From Antedon mediterranea (Eukaryota; Animalia; Echinodermata), in assembly GCF_964355755.1 (NCBI RefSeq), contig NC_092672.1, forward strand, positions 7,440,001-7,504,000: 64,000 nt of DNA. The letters run 5' to 3'. The position numbers and the translations under genes were made by a program. The first letter of the stretch is position 1. The number at the start of each line of letters is the position of its first letter. This document shows positions 63,479 to 64,000 of this stretch, piece after piece. The notes beneath the pieces were generated by a model. That model saw nothing but the letters and a program-made list of their open reading frames with translations. It made no database searches and was not told the DNA's origin.

Positions 63479-64000
63479 CGACAAGATCACAACATCTTCT
63501 TGACCAATATCATGATTGTTATTGTCAACATTTACCATAATTGTTATTTTAAATAGGCCTACAAATTATCGTTAGAGGTATTATATTTTAGTAATTTTAG
63601 AGGGAATGCTTACTACCACTTGTACTGAACGATGTAACACCAACAGATGTCCGGAAATTTTTTTTAATAAGATATTTATTAATTTAGTAAGTTCCCTCTC
63701 TGTCAGCCTCGTTCCGTTATAATTTATATAAACGTTTTATGTGCAAGATGAAATGCGGCTAATTTTATTTTGAAAGTCCGCTTCCACTGTCCACCATGAT
63801 ATAACACCAACATATGTCCGGAGATGAATTAGTTGATTATTCTTGATTTTAAAATGACATATTTAATTGGGTTCTCACACTTGTACGGTCCCTCTGGGGT
63901 TTCTGAGATAATCGTTGCATGATTGTATTTGCCATACTAGATGATGAAAGTCGAAGTTGACGCGAATTCCCGTATAATTATTCGTGAATAGTTTTAGTTT

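Overview
AT-rich, intron-containing animal DNA. The gene set and repeat style suggest a marine invertebrate deuterostome such as an echinoderm (inference only). I assembled five apparently intact spliced genes by hand from GT-AG boundaries and reading-frame continuity. On the - strand: two paralogous SLC22 organic-cation-transporter-like genes (2906-8537, 39127-48497), an SLC17/sialin-like gene between them (9939-33379), and RPL22 (49683-51133). On the + strand, head-to-head with RPL22: GPS2 (53381-62055). The window starts with a truncated, disabled aromatic-L-amino-acid decarboxylase (DDC-like) pseudogene. Introns are full of transposons, many with readable target-site duplications (TSDs). 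They include a four-level nest (hAT5-like > hAT-like MITE > IS3EU-like > AcademX with an XPG nuclease + Cys8 ORF), a MULE-like element, a Helentron-type HINE and a young 5'-truncated L1/Tx1 LINE. The strongest novel candidate is in RPL22 intron 2: three similar hairpins match the eL22 RNA-binding consensus, one buries the predicted branch point, and an upstream alternative acceptor leads to a stop after 4 codons. This is a predicted eL22-controlled splice/NMD feedback switch. All family calls come from recalled motifs, not database searches.
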